64,000 nt of DNA. It comes from Podarcis muralis. Its lineage: Eukaryota. The notes beneath the pieces are model-generated. The model did not search any database. It saw nothing but the letters and a program-made list of their open reading frames with translations, and was not told where the DNA came from. The stretch is from NCBI RefSeq assembly GCF_964188315.1, contig NC_135668.1, positions 31,248,001-31,312,000 on the forward strand, given 5' to 3'. The translations under genes and the position numbers were made by a program. Of this stretch, positions 24,611 to 36,749 are shown piece after piece (position 1 is the stretch's first letter; each line of letters starts with the position of its first letter).

Positions 24611-26467
24611 CTAAAAAGGATGTGCCACAAGTCAGTTTGGAATTAGAACAGGCCCCAGGTTCCCACCCTTCCACCTGCCACTCATGCCCTGGACTTCCAG
24701 GCTTAAAGGGCCAGCAGGCAGCCCAATGCTCAACTGCATCCAAGTGGGTGGTTTTGTTCTTAACTGGCAATCTCACCAACTGCAGCACTACAGGACTTTC
24801 CTTCTGAGTACTGCAGACGCTCCTTCATTGGAGGTTTTAAAACAGAGTATGGATGGCTATCTGTCAAGGATTCTTTAGCTGTGATTCCTGTGTTGAAGGG
24901 GGTTGGACCAGGTGGCCCACAGGACTTTCTTGCAACTCTACAATTCTGTGTGTGGTTTGCAGCACAAATCTTGGGTAGGGAATCAGCCTCTGTGAAAAGA
25001 TGGGCCCCCTTTGACCTGATTCAGCAGGCCTGTCTTATGTTTTTCTGTACCACACTCTAGTTCAAGGGTGAGGAAACCATGCCTCCAAATCCATCAGTTC
25101 CAGCCAATGCAGCAGATGGTCAAGGCTAATGGGAACTACAGTGTAGTCCAACTCCATCTGCAGGGACACAGCTCCCCCACTCCAGCTGAAGTTCCCATAG
25201 AACCTGCTTGAGCAGGTGAGCAAAACGTAGTGATTAACACCGGATCTTTTACTGTTCTGGCAAATGTGTGTTTTCGCTTCAGACGCCTCTGGGCTGCAGT
25301 TCCTGGGCATGAGAGGAGCCGAGTTGCTCAGGTCAGGTGCCAAAGGCAGGTTCTGGGACAGTCACGTCCCACACACTGCAGTCCCCGGACAGCCAGAAGC
25401 TCTGTTCTCTCAGCAAATAAAAACCTAACAATGTTTGCTCAGGTGGGGACGTGGGAGAGATTCAGAGAGCTCTCGAGTTACCTCGTTCTGAAGTTTGTTG
25501 TTTGGTTTGGCTGCCAGAGAGGGGAATCATTCCCACCAGGAAGACTCCGTTGGGAGATCAGGACGTGCCCTCTCTTTAAAGAGGCACAGACAGTCCGCCC
25601 TGCTTTTTAGGGAGATTGGAAGATTCATGACGGATAAAACTAAGTCCTTCTCCAAATGGGCCATAGTTAAACTTCCTCAAGACAGTGCATAGTTAAACTG
25701 TGGAACTCACTCGCACAGGAGGCGGTGATGGCCACCAATTTGGATGTCTTCAAAAGAGGACTGGACAAATTCATGGAGGGGCGGCCTATCAATGGCTACT
25801 AGCCAGGATGACTATGCTCTGCCTCCACAGTTGGGAGACACAAGAGAGGAGAGGGCTCTTGTGCTCAGGTCCTACTTAAGTGTTTCCCGTAACAGGCATC
25901 TGGTTGGCCACTGTGGTAACAGGATGCTGGACTAGATGGGCTTCCTTTGGCCTGATCCAGCAGGCTCTTCTTATGTCCAGGAAACATGTCCCCTCCTCAG
26001 GTATCTCCACACATGCCAAACCACAGCACTATCTTGTTCAGGTAAGCTATCCTGGCTGTCCTCTTCACATTTCCCAGCAACAGCAAGGCTGACAAACCAG
26101 GGGCTCTGAACTGGTGCCAACTCTGGGAACAAAGCGCTTATTCAGGGCAGCCCCCATGAGCAGCTGGCGCTTGAGCTCAGGCCACTTTGACAAAGAGGGC
26201 GCAGGCAGGAGGGATCCGATGCAATGCCCGTTGACAAAAGAGCAGGGGAGCCAAGTGGCATTTAAAGTGCAAACACTGAGTCACGCAGGACTTTTTTTAA
26301 TACTAGGGCTGGATGGTGAAAGACAAAGGAGAACGTTGCTACAATTGGGGCTTAGATTGATACACTCTCTTGGGATCTCTCGACAGGCACTCAGGCAAGT
26401 TGTCAACAGGTCCCGTGGGTACAGCTTCACAGCCATATTGCCACAGGATGGCCACCAACTTGGATAA

Positions 26468-26468
26468 C

Positions 26469-26514
<46 letters not shown>

Positions 26515-26516
26515 AT
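26468..26516. repeat. (TAT)n microsatellite
   Basis: About 15 TAT units. Confidence 0.95.
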
Positions 26517-26517
26517 A

Positions 26518-27020
26518 TGGTGGAGTACAGGATCAGGTTTAAAGTGCTGGTTTTAACCTTTAAAGCCCTATACGGCCTAGGACCCTCATACCTACGGGAC
26601 CACCTCTCCTGGTATGTCCCACAGAGGACCTTATGGTCTTCAAACAAAAACATCTCGGAGATCCAGGGCCAGAGAGGTTAGGTTGGCCTCAAATAGAGCC
26701 AGGGCTTTTCCGGCTGCGGCTCTGATCTGGTGGAACGCTCTGTCACAAGAGACTAGGGTCCTGCGGGACTTGACATCTTTCTGCAGGGCCTGCAAGACAG
26801 AGCTGCTCCACCAGGCCTTTGGCCAAGGCACAGCCTGACCCCCTCCTTTGGCAATTCTTCACAGAACTCTAGCCCAATGGTTGCCATTAATCTGATTTGA
26901 ACTGATTTTATAATGAAATGATTTTATAATGTTGTATCATTTTACTGTTGTTAGCCGCTCTGAGCCCGGCTTCGGCTGGGGAGGGCGGGATACAAACAAA
27001 CAAACAACAACAACAACAAC
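26518..27020 (+). mobile_element. L2-clade LINE 3' end
   Basis: VEYRIRFKVLVLTFKALYGLGPSYLRDHL and RAFPAAALIWWNAL motifs; tail GTTAGCCGCTCTGAGCC...GGGCGGGATACAAAC. Confidence 0.85.
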
Positions 27021-28286
27021 AATTTATACACCACCCATCTGGCTGGGCTTCCTCAGCTACTCTGGGTGGTTCCCAGAAAAATATAAATAATAATAAAATG
27101 TCAGACATTAAAAACTTCCCTGAACAGGGCTGCCTTCATATGTTTTCTAAAAGTTGTGCAATTCTTTATCTCCTTGACATCTGACGAGAGGGCTTTCCAC
27201 AAGGAGGGCGCCACTGCCGAGAAGACCCTTTAAAAGAGGGCTAGACAATATCATGGAGGAGAGGGCTCTCAGTGACTACTAGCCATTAGGGCTATGCTAT
27301 ACCTCCACACCTGGAAACAGCAATGTTTCTGAATACCAGCTGGTGGAAACCACAGGAGGGGAGAGCTGCTCTTGCATTCTGCGTGCTGGTTTACCATAGG
27401 CAATTGCTCAGCCTCTGTGAGAACAGGATGCTGGATTAGATGGGCCACTGGTCTGATCCAGCAGCAGACTCTTATGTTCTTACACTCAGCCATGGAAATT
27501 GTGTGCTATAAGCGTATGGGTGTATCTTTTATCGCTAACCACATTACACAGATATGATGCCTTTTTCTCTCAGACAAATTGTGTTTCTCTCACACACTGA
27601 TGAATCATTGGATTGTACCCCATGTTAGCCTTATTCAGAGCAGACCCATTACCAGTCATGGACATTACTAACTTAGGTTCATTGATTTCAGTGGGTCTAC
27701 CCTGAACAAGATTTAGTTGGATACAACCCCATGGCTGTTATTTGGGGATGGCTTCATTAAGTCTGTTCAGAAAGAGTTAGGTGCATAGAGAGGTTCTAAC
27801 TGTCAGTGATAGAAGTTTTATGGATGTAGAATCTACTAGAATCTTCCTGAACTTTCCAGCGTGTTCACAACAGAACAAGCTTGCAGCTGCATTTATCTAG
27901 TCAAGGTCGCTGCCTCAATGGGAGATACATAGCCTTGCCTGCTGGGCAGTTTATCTTCTGACCTTCATCCTGCTCTTTACTTTTGTTTCCATATATATTG
28001 TGTGATTTTGCTTCTGTAACTGGATGTGCTTTGGAGCAGATTTTGCCTTACTGGGAATTCAGTAAGTTCCTGTATGCATTTAAACCTCAGTAAAACACTT
28101 ACTGAAGAATCCTGCTTCCTGTGTGAGTGTTTTTCTCTGATCTCTACAAGGAGTGGACTCTACTGGGGTTTTTTACCCATATCCTGGGGTTGCCCAGGCA
28201 TGAAGACAGCGGGTGACTGGATTTGGCCATCAGCCCTATCACTGGCATGCAGCTCATCCTGTGCAGTGCAGAAACTATGCACAAAT

Positions 28287-28691
28287 TGTGAAGTTTGGAA
28301 CTTAACTGGTTAAGAAGTTCCCATGATGCCTCAACATTCTGACGTCAGCTTTTAGAAGCTGGGAGGAGCTGGGAGGAGTTTCTGTCTCTTCCTCCTGGGT
28401 CTTTGAGGGGGAAAGACGTAGCCTGTCATGGCTGCAGTGAGCCCAGGAGATCCCTGGGGAATGTCGGAATAAAGAACTGAAAATGGACAAACCTGGACTC
28501 TGTGTGTGTTTGTCAAAGGACGTGACAGTTTATCACCGCTGTGTTTATCTCTGCTAAGGTGTGACTGAGAGCTACCGGACGACGGAGCTGAGTGGCGCAG
28601 CTGAGGGAAGCGCGCCGGACCGGGCTGCCATAAATAGCTAATTGAGGACCAATAAATCAATTAGCGGGGTCCCAATATAACTATTGCCACA
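28287..28691 (+). repeat. 5' LTR (405 bp)
   Basis: Identical by base-by-base reading to 31220-31624; CRE palindrome TGACGTCA 28340-28347; TATA-like CATAAATA ~28629; AATAAA 28651-28656. Confidence 0.95.
28586..28633 (+). other. tRNAiMet 5'-half-like sequence inside LTR (also 31519-31566)
   Basis: AGCTGAGTGGCGCAGC tgag GGAAGCG CGC cggac CGGGC tg CCATAA versus vertebrate tRNAiMet nt 1-37 AGCAGAGTGGCGCAGC GGAAGCG TGC TGGGC CCATAA: 34 of 37 identical with three short insertions. Confidence 0.8.
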
Positions 28692-31219
28692 GGTTATGGG
28701 TACTTAATTACCGCTTGTAAAACTGTCACTGGAAGTGCCGGAATGCGTTTGAAGTTGGCGATCTGAGAAACGGAAGCTGGCCGGAGGTCGGAGGCTGCTT
28801 TCAGTGAGTCTCGCCTGATGTCGAGGTGTTTTGCCTGGTGAAAAGAGGCAAGGAGAGCTGCGGAGCTAAGAGAGCAGCAAGGAATCGTTTCTCCACGGAA
28901 GAAGGGAGAGCCAGAGAAGCTGAAACTGACTGTAAGTACAGCTTGGGGCCCCTTGGGAGAACGGAAGAGGATGGCAGGCTGCCAGGTCTTGGAGGACATT
29001 CAATGCTCACTTTAAGAAGTTGGGCAACCTGGCTGCTGATCTGAAGTCTACTGTTCTGGGTGCCAGGAAGCCAGAGGCCGTTTGGCTAGTGCTCCAGGGA
29101 GTTTGTGAGGCTGGAGGCGGACAGCAAGGGCCGGGAGATGGCTGCTTCAGAACAGGAAGGCAAGATGGCGCTGACCACCTTCGTGAGAGCCGGTGCACAG
29201 CTGGGAAGGGCTGTGGGCCCCAGAGGGGGGGCGAAGGGACTATTGCCACTGCTGCTGTTGCTGTGAAGCTTCAGCAGGAGGCCAGAGCCTGGAGAAAGAA
29301 TACAAAAGCCTAGAGACGGCTGGAGCCCCTGTCCCTGATGCTTTAGCCACAAGGAGTGCTGCTGAGCAGGTGGGGGGGCGGACTTTTCCAAAGGCACGTT
29401 TAAAAGGTTTTCCACTGTACGTGCTGGAATGAAGTGGAGGTTCAGAGTGGGCGGAGCTGGCAAGGAGTGCTTTTCCGGAAGAAGGAGAAGGAGGCCAGCT
29501 GGGAGGAGCCCCGGGCAGTGTTTTTCCACTGGAGTTCGTCATTGCTACACGTGTAATGCAACGTGTCTGCGTGAGGAGCTTGGAGAGAGGCAAGCTGCTG
29601 GGAGCCCTTTACCTACCACTGGGGGTGCAGGAAAGCGTCCTGGGAGCCCTGGGAGCAGTGGGGGGGGGCGGTGAGCAGTAAAAGCACAGAAAAGCCTCTT
29701 TTTCCAAAGGCTGCCAAGAGATGTTTGCGTCGAAAGTCGAAGCCTGGGAAACAGGACACAGCTACAGGCTTCAAGGCCAGCCATCTGCTGCAGAGGGAGA
29801 TACGTGCTGCAGAGTTGTCTGGGAACTCTGAGATAAGTCCAGTCTTCAGAGCAACGCAGGATGTTGCGGTTTCGGACGCTGCCAAGGACAGAGGCAGCGG
29901 GACGTTTGTTGCTTCTATGGCAACTGTGAAGAACAACTCCAGCCAGGACACGGTGACACGCTGGGTGTTTGGGATTCTGCTATCAGGCAGCACCTGATAG
30001 GCAAACCTGCTGGCAAAATGCGGAACTGCAGGGCTGTTTCAACAGGAACACTTGTTATGTTAGCAGACGGAATGAAAAAAATCAGTCTGTGGTGTGGCTA
30101 ACGTGTTTTTCTCTCCTTTACAGGAGGAGCCAGAGGTCTACGTTGTGCCGGGACTGAATTGTTGTCTTTTATCTGTATCTGCTCTAATGAAGCAGGGATT
30201 CAAAAATTTGCTTTGAAAATGACACCTGTTCCATTTTCAGAGGGGGGCGACAACGGGTCAACATGGCGAAGAGCAAGGATAATTTCTTTGTTCTGGAGTC
30301 ACCTCTGGAGGGTGGTGGGAATGCTGGAAAAGCACAGGTGCAGTGTGCTAAGGTTCCCAGTCATGTGCAAAAGTTGCACAGGTGCACAAAAGGGTGTAAA
30401 CTCCGGAAATGTGGGAGGTCCCAAGGGTGCAGGGCATGCAAAGGTGCAAAGGTACTTGGTTTTCCCGGGTTTGGGAGGGTAGCCAAAGAAGCCCTTTGAG
30501 CTTGTTCACACACAGATCTGTCAGGACCCATGAGGTGTGAGAGTCTGGGTGGGGCCAGGTATGTGCCATCGCTGACAGATGGCCACAGCCAGGTTGGCTG
30601 GTGTCTCTCTCTCAAATCACAGGGGGAGGCGGCGCAACTGATCCAGGATTGGGTTGCGGAGGTGGAACTAAGGTTTTCCACCAGGGTGCAAGGGTTCAAG
30701 AGCGACCGAGGGTCACAGTTTACTGGGTCTGCTCTGGAGGAGTTTTTCAAAGAAAAGGGAATACGTCACCAGGTGACGGGTGCAAAGTCTTCTCAAGGGA
30801 GAAGGGAGGCTGTTACTGAACCCGGTGACGGGGGATCAGGTCCAGAATCAGGGTTCAAAACCCGGTGATGGGGACCAAGTCCAGGGTCAGGGTTCAGGGC
30901 AGGTTTGGGCATCTCCAAGGGTTGTTAAAGGAGTGTCCAGGTGTGAGGCTTCATCTCCGGTAAACGTAATGGAGAAAGCTCACGGAAGGGTTGTCAGGTC
31001 AGAGGGGGAAAAGTCTGACGGAAAAGACACAACTGCTGGCCCTAATGGGTCAGTAGGGTATCAGGTCACAGGTGCGTGGAAAAGTGTCGCACAGTGTGAT
31101 TCTGGGAGTGTTGAAGGGGTTCAACAGGTGCCTGGGAAAGATGCCGGGAAGTGGCACAAGGCAAAGGGCAAGGTGTTGAACTCAGAAGGTCTTGTCAGAA
31201 TGGTTTCAGCAAGAGGGGG

Positions 31220-31624
31220 TGTGAAGTTTGGAACTTAACTGGTTAAGAAGTTCCCATGATGCCTCAACATTCTGACGTCAGCTTTTAGAAGCTGGGAGGA
31301 GCTGGGAGGAGTTTCTGTCTCTTCCTCCTGGGTCTTTGAGGGGGAAAGACGTAGCCTGTCATGGCTGCAGTGAGCCCAGGAGATCCCTGGGGAATGTCGG
31401 AATAAAGAACTGAAAATGGACAAACCTGGACTCTGTGTGTGTTTGTCAAAGGACGTGACAGTTTATCACCGCTGTGTTTATCTCTGCTAAGGTGTGACTG
31501 AGAGCTACCGGACGACGGAGCTGAGTGGCGCAGCTGAGGGAAGCGCGCCGGACCGGGCTGCCATAAATAGCTAATTGAGGACCAATAAATCAATTAGCGG
31601 GGTCCCAATATAACTATTGCCACA
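31220..31624 (+). repeat. 3' LTR (405 bp)
   Basis: Directly follows the polypurine tract; identical to the 5' LTR. Confidence 0.95.
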
Positions 31625-31648
31625 CAAATATCATGCAATAACTTTTTC

Positions 31649-31890
31649 ATAAGAACACAGGATGCTGCCCTATACTGAATCAGGCCCTTGGTCCATCTAG
31701 CTCAGTATTGTCAATACCGACTGGAAGCAATGGTTTTCTATGGTTTCAGGCAGAGATCGCTCTACTTGGAGATGCTACTGAGGGTTGAACCTGGGACCTT
31801 CTGCATGCAATGCAGATGCTATACCAACGAGCTATGGCCCTTTCCCAATGCTCAGTGGTAGAACATCTGCATTGCATACAGAAGTTGGGG
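31649..31890 (-). mobile_element. Squam3-type (tRNA/MIR-related) SINE on -, abutting a second SINE head on +
   Basis: Reverse complement of the GCTCAGTGGTAGAGCATCTGC...GGTCCCAGGTTCAA...TACTGAGCTAGATGGACC consensus; head-to-head with GCTCAGTGGTAGAACATCTGC at ~31850. Confidence 0.7.
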
Positions 31891-32311
31891 CCTGCTTCTC
31901 AGTTCCCTCGGTCTGAAGTTGAGTCCACTCCCCACAACACAAAAAGAACTGCACAGACCAAACTCCTGCTGCTGTCCCAGGTGGAGCTCTGCTAGGTGAG
32001 CAGCAGAAATCTCTTGACAGGCCTGCCAAGCCACAGCCCTTCCCATCGCCATGACCCCACCCTCCGGCCATTAGCTGTTGCAGACAAGAGGGGAACACAG
32101 CAGCTGGGACTGGAGTTTGGCAGCCACAGCAAGCAGCTGACCAGGAGCAGAAGGCTCCACTCCACAAGTTGAAATCTCTGGCATAGGAATGGGTCTCAGC
32201 TTCCGCCTGCCTCCCCAGCCAAACACGGACATGGCCAGGAAGTTCCATTTGAATGGGTGCATGTGTGGATCTTGAACTGTGGTGTAATCTGCTTAGGGCC
32301 TCAGGGTGAAC

Positions 32312-32535
32312 TAGAGAGCCCGTGTGGTGTAGAGGTTGCTGTCAGACTAGGACCTAGGACCTGGAAGGGTTCAAATCCCCACTCAGCTAAATTCACTGGG
32401 GGACCTTGGGCCGGTGACTGCCTAACCTACCTCCCCGGTGTTGTTGTGAGGATAAAACAAGGTAGAGGAGAATGATGTAGTCCACCTTGAGCTCCTTGGA
32501 GGAAAGGCGGCATATAAATGCAGTAAATAAATAAA
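32312..32535 (+). mobile_element. CORE/MIR-like tRNA-derived SINE
   Basis: A-box TGGTGTAGAGG, B-box GGTTCAAATCC, CORE-like GTTGTTGTGAGGATAAAA, (TAAA)n tail; inverted relative at ~53030-53300. Confidence 0.7.
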
Positions 32536-32710
32536 ACTTGATTCTGAGCCAAATAAATACCCTGGCTGGTTGCCCACAGGCATCTGGTTGGCCACTATGA
32601 GAACAAGATGCTGGACTAGATGAGCCCCCTTTGACCTGGTCCAGCAGGCTCTTCTTAGGTTCTTTTGACCCCCATGCAACTGCCTGAAATTAAGTGGGAC
32701 TGTTATGCTA

Positions 32711-32947
<237 letters not shown>

Positions 32948-33929
32948 TCACTGAAGCCCCAGAACAATAACAAATTTGGTGAGGATGACTTGCAAAGCTT
33001 GATCAAACAACATGCAGCATGCCCAGGAGCTACCAACGCCCAAGTGGGATTGGCAAGGAAGAACACAAAGATTTCCTGGATCCCCCCTCCGAATTCCTCA
33101 CAGTTGGCAACCTCCAAGCAAAGCTCTTCCGCTCTGCCCGTCCTTAGGTTTTGGCTGCAGCCATGTCAAGAAGCAGATGTAAGGCAGTACACCAGCCCCA
33201 CAATGTCTAGGGCTGCTGTCTTTTGGCTAGAGGTCAATGCAGAGGTCTCCTCCCAGTTCCACTGAGACAGCAGTCACCCTCTCAGCAAAGTCTCCACTTC
33301 CAAGTATGTGGGATCCTTAACTCCCCCAGGCTCATCATCACCAGGAAAGGTCCCATGCACTCTTTGAACAATTATATTGAGTGAGGAAGTAGATTCAGCT
33401 GGTGGGACTGGTAATCTCCCCCACCAACCATGGGTCAGGTTTGACAACTGGGAGGGGCTGCTCGTCTGTCAATGGCATGGCATCATGACTGAAATCAAAC
33501 CATGTGGGTGAGCAAACACAGCACTATGCAAGCCCTGATGAGCAGCTGGTTGCTGGGGCTTTGCTGGAGCTATCCAACTACAGATATGTAGGCTAAAAAA
33601 TGGTATACACTCTTCTCTACTCAAATTCATTTATCTAAAAATGGAACAAAACAATGGAGCCAGGCAGCATGGGTCACCTTCACTAACCCCCACACTTTTG
33701 AAATTGGGATGTGTACGTGATGATTTCTCAATCATCTCCTATGGATAGTTGTCACTTCTGCCAAAGGATATTCCAAGTGGGGTTGGGGGGAGATATCAAA
33801 AGGAATTGAGCAGTGGGATTATCAATCTAGATAATTGTATGTTTATTAAGGAACCCAGCTCCTTGAACTCAAAACTCAGCACTACCCTGTTTCAAGGAAG
33901 CCCTCCCACCTTGTCCCAAGCAACTCCTA

Positions 33930-34091
<162 letters not shown>

Positions 34092-34680
34092 TCAAAGCAG
34101 GGCGGCATTCTGATGGACCCTGAGAAACATGCAAATAAGATGGGATTCATGTAAATGTGAACAACACACTAAATGGTTCGTCTTCTTTGGTTGCTGTAAG
34201 AACCACTCCCAGGTGCAGCCAGTGTCAAGATTATCTTTTATTTATTTTAGTATTTTTATACTGCATTAAAGACATTAAAGAGTCTCCCTAGATGGTTCAC
34301 AATTAAAAAAAACATAGAAACAATTTAAAACATAAATTTAGGAAATGGCTTTGAAAATGATGAGAGCAGTAAAAGGAAGGAAGTAGAAGGAAGAAAGGTG
34401 TTTCACAGTTTGCTGTAGCCTGGTCAATGTAAATAAGCAATCAACACACTTGAAGGGGCCCACCTCAAGAGCCCCCTTGCCTCTTAGTACTCTCCAGGTT
34501 ATCCCACTGCCCCCCCTCAGGGAGCAGTACCACTCACTTTGGGAATCACTGGCCTACCTGAACAAGAGGTCTTATTTTCCACCCTTTGAATCTATCAGTA
34601 GGCCATGAACTGTTCACTGCACTTACAATCCCTTCCTACCCTGTCCCATAGGCAGCCTCTGGAGTTCAAGGGCCCCTCAC

Positions 34681-34749
34681 CTTGCCATTGAGCACGATGT
34701 TCTGGCTTCCACACAGCACAGACTGCCTGCTCACTTTGTTCCCAGATGC
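34681..34749 (-). CDS. DCTN5: Dynactin p25, exon 2
   Basis: ASGNKVSRQSVLCGSQNIVLNGK; 69 bp. Confidence 0.97.
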
Positions 34750-35917
34750 CTAAAGAGATAGAGAAAGGCAGAAATGATTAGCAAAAACAAAGCTCTTAGA
34801 GAAGGTACTTGGGGGAAAGCCCTGTGGTCTTTGCAATATGGGTGGGAGCACCAAACGGCCATAGTTATCTGTAACCCAATGGCCTCCAGATTAACTACCA
34901 TAATGTTACATGTGGGGTGCATGCCTCTAAGTATTTCTCAAACTTCAAGGGTGAATGGATGTGTTTCATTTGATATGATAATTAAGTGCTGTTGTGCTAT
35001 TATTTTATTATTTCACTGTGCATTCAAAAAAATTCTTAGCAGCTTTGCATGAACACAACAATAGCATATAAGTTCATAGGAAGCTGATTTATACCCAGTC
35101 AGATTAATTGTCCCATCTCCCTCAGCACTGACTGGCAAAAGCTCTCTATTTAGCCACCCAAGGAAGCTGAGAATTGAACCTGGGGGTTTTGCATGTAAGG
35201 CAGGGACTGACCAATGAATTATAACAGCCCTCCTCCTGATCATGGTAACTGGTTATTAATTGGGAAGAGCCAATGGAAACACACGTTGCCAGTACTGAAA
35301 CTGCTGCACTAGGTGTTGGTTAGTTTCCAAATAGCCATTTCTATTACCTTTTCAGCAATCAGGTGCCCTCCTGATGCTTTGGAGTACAAAACACCCAGAG
35401 GGCACCAGGCCAGGGACGTCTCCTTCAAAGCCTTTGCCAGCTTAGGAGCCAGGTACCTAGAGGGCCACCTTAGTCCATGTACAGTGATCATGGCATAGGA
35501 CTCTTCGCCACATGCCCCCACCCTCTGAAGCTAAGTGGGATTGGGGGTTCAGGCACTAGCCAAAGGCCCTTCCAGACCTCACCATCACAACACGCACTCT
35601 GCTGCTATTATATTATTTAGACACTTTCCATCCTGCTTTTCAGGCAAAAAAATGGGGGCAGCCTTCCAGAGCGGCTTATATATCACTTTAAAAAAGGCGG
35701 CCCCGCCCGCAGCCTTAAAATTAAAAAAAAAAAGACAAGGCACGCGAGGAGAAAAGGCGGGGAGGGAGGAGGAAACGAACGAATTGTGGCCTCCGCTCTG
35801 CCTCCATACGTTTCATGCATTATTCTGAGGTGAGCGCCCTGGCATGGCGGTGCTTCTCCCACTCCCACGGGCCTGGTTCCCGGGTAAAGAGGACTAGCGC
35901 CTTGACTCGACACGCAC

Positions 35918-35965
35918 CGTCTCGATGTACTCGGACTTGTTGTAGAGCATTTCGCTCAGCTCCAT
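35918..35965 (-). CDS. DCTN5: Dynactin p25, exon 1
   Basis: MELSEMLYNKSEYIET; 48 bp; the six exons sum to 549 nt (182 aa plus stop). Confidence 0.97.
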
Positions 35966-36519
35966 CGCGAAGCCCCCGCGTCACACCCAGAGCGGCTCCC
36001 CGACTCTATTGTCCCCGCGGGGCTACCGTACAAACGTCCCACTTCCGCCCTCCAGCGGGCCGTAGACTTTGCAGCCTATCAGCACAGACCTTCCCGGAGG
36101 CCTCCAAACACTGCCAGCCAATGACTGAAGACAAAAGTGACGTGATACGTTTACTTCCGGTTTCTGTTTGGAAACAAGGCGACTCCCCCCTCCCTTGCCT
36201 TATTCTCCATGGTGCCCTGTCTTATTTCAACATTCGGCTCTGACTAGAGACATCCCTTTGTTGAGCACGCTCTGGCGTCGCAGCTGCGGAGAATAAAGCG
36301 CAATATTAAGTGGGTGGGTGATAGCGACGCGGGAGGGGGAATGAGCCGCTCTACCTTCCGTCTCTATGGCGCTAGCTCCCGTTTCTTGACATGGCGCATG
36401 CGCAGAGACATTCCCTCGCTCCAGGCGAATCTTGCGTTTCCATGGACGCCGTTTCGCTGGTTCAGCTACTGCGCAGGCGCAGCTGGAGCGAGGTGCGTGG
36501 CGCGCAGAGAGCGGGAGAT
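35966..36519. promoter_or_regulatory. Bidirectional DCTN5/PALB2 CpG-island promoter
   Basis: 554 bp between divergent ATGs; NRF1-type GCGCATGCGC 36394-36403 and TGCGCAGGCGCA 36470-36481; ETS ACTTCCGG 36153-36160; GTGACGTG 36137-36144. Confidence 0.85.
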
Positions 36520-36573
36520 ATGGAGCCTCCGCGGGGCCACTTCCCGGCCCTCAACGCTCAGGAGAAGGCCCAG
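36520..36573 (+). CDS. PALB2: PALB2 exon 1
   Basis: MEPPRGHFPALNAQEKAQ | GTGGGC; resembles human MDEPPGKPLSCEEKEK. Confidence 0.88.
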
Positions 36574-36749
36574 GTGGGCGCCGGGCGAGAGGGGCCGCGA
36601 GGGAGGGGCTTTAGCTGGAGGAAGAAAGGGCGGGAGGGTCTCTTGAAGAGAGGGGCTTTGGCCTGGCAGCTGGGGAGGTAAGGCCCGCCCCTCTCCTCTT
36701 TTCCTGTGGTAGAGATTTCAGGAGGCGGGACAAGGGAAGAGGGCCCTCA

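Larger units (their letters stand above)
28287..31624 (+). mobile_element. Non-autonomous Ty1/copia LTR retrotransposon in DCTN5 intron 4 (antisense to host)
   Basis: Two 405-bp LTRs (TGTG...CACA); 5-bp TSD CAAAT (28282-28286, 31625-31629); PBS GGTTATGGG at 28692; PPT AAGAGGGGG at 31211-31219. Decayed Zn-knuckle CYTCN (~29543), protease W-DSAIRQHL...VMLADG (29970-30071), and integrase PFELVH/TDLSGPM...GARY...KSDRGSQF...GIRHQ (30486-30780). No RT/RNaseH. Confidence 0.93.

Noticed and set aside
26370-26681. ORF with poly-Tyr
   Set aside because: A (TAT)n microsatellite fused to an L2 fragment.
28302-28660. Identical 62-aa and 102-aa ORFs repeated at 31235-31593
   Set aside because: Antisense readings of the two identical LTRs, not duplicated genes.
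30819-30897. Two ~40-bp tandem units inside the copia element (GDQVQNQGS-like)
   Set aside because: A small internal duplication at the deletion junction; only two units, no spacer-repeat structure, not CRISPR-like.
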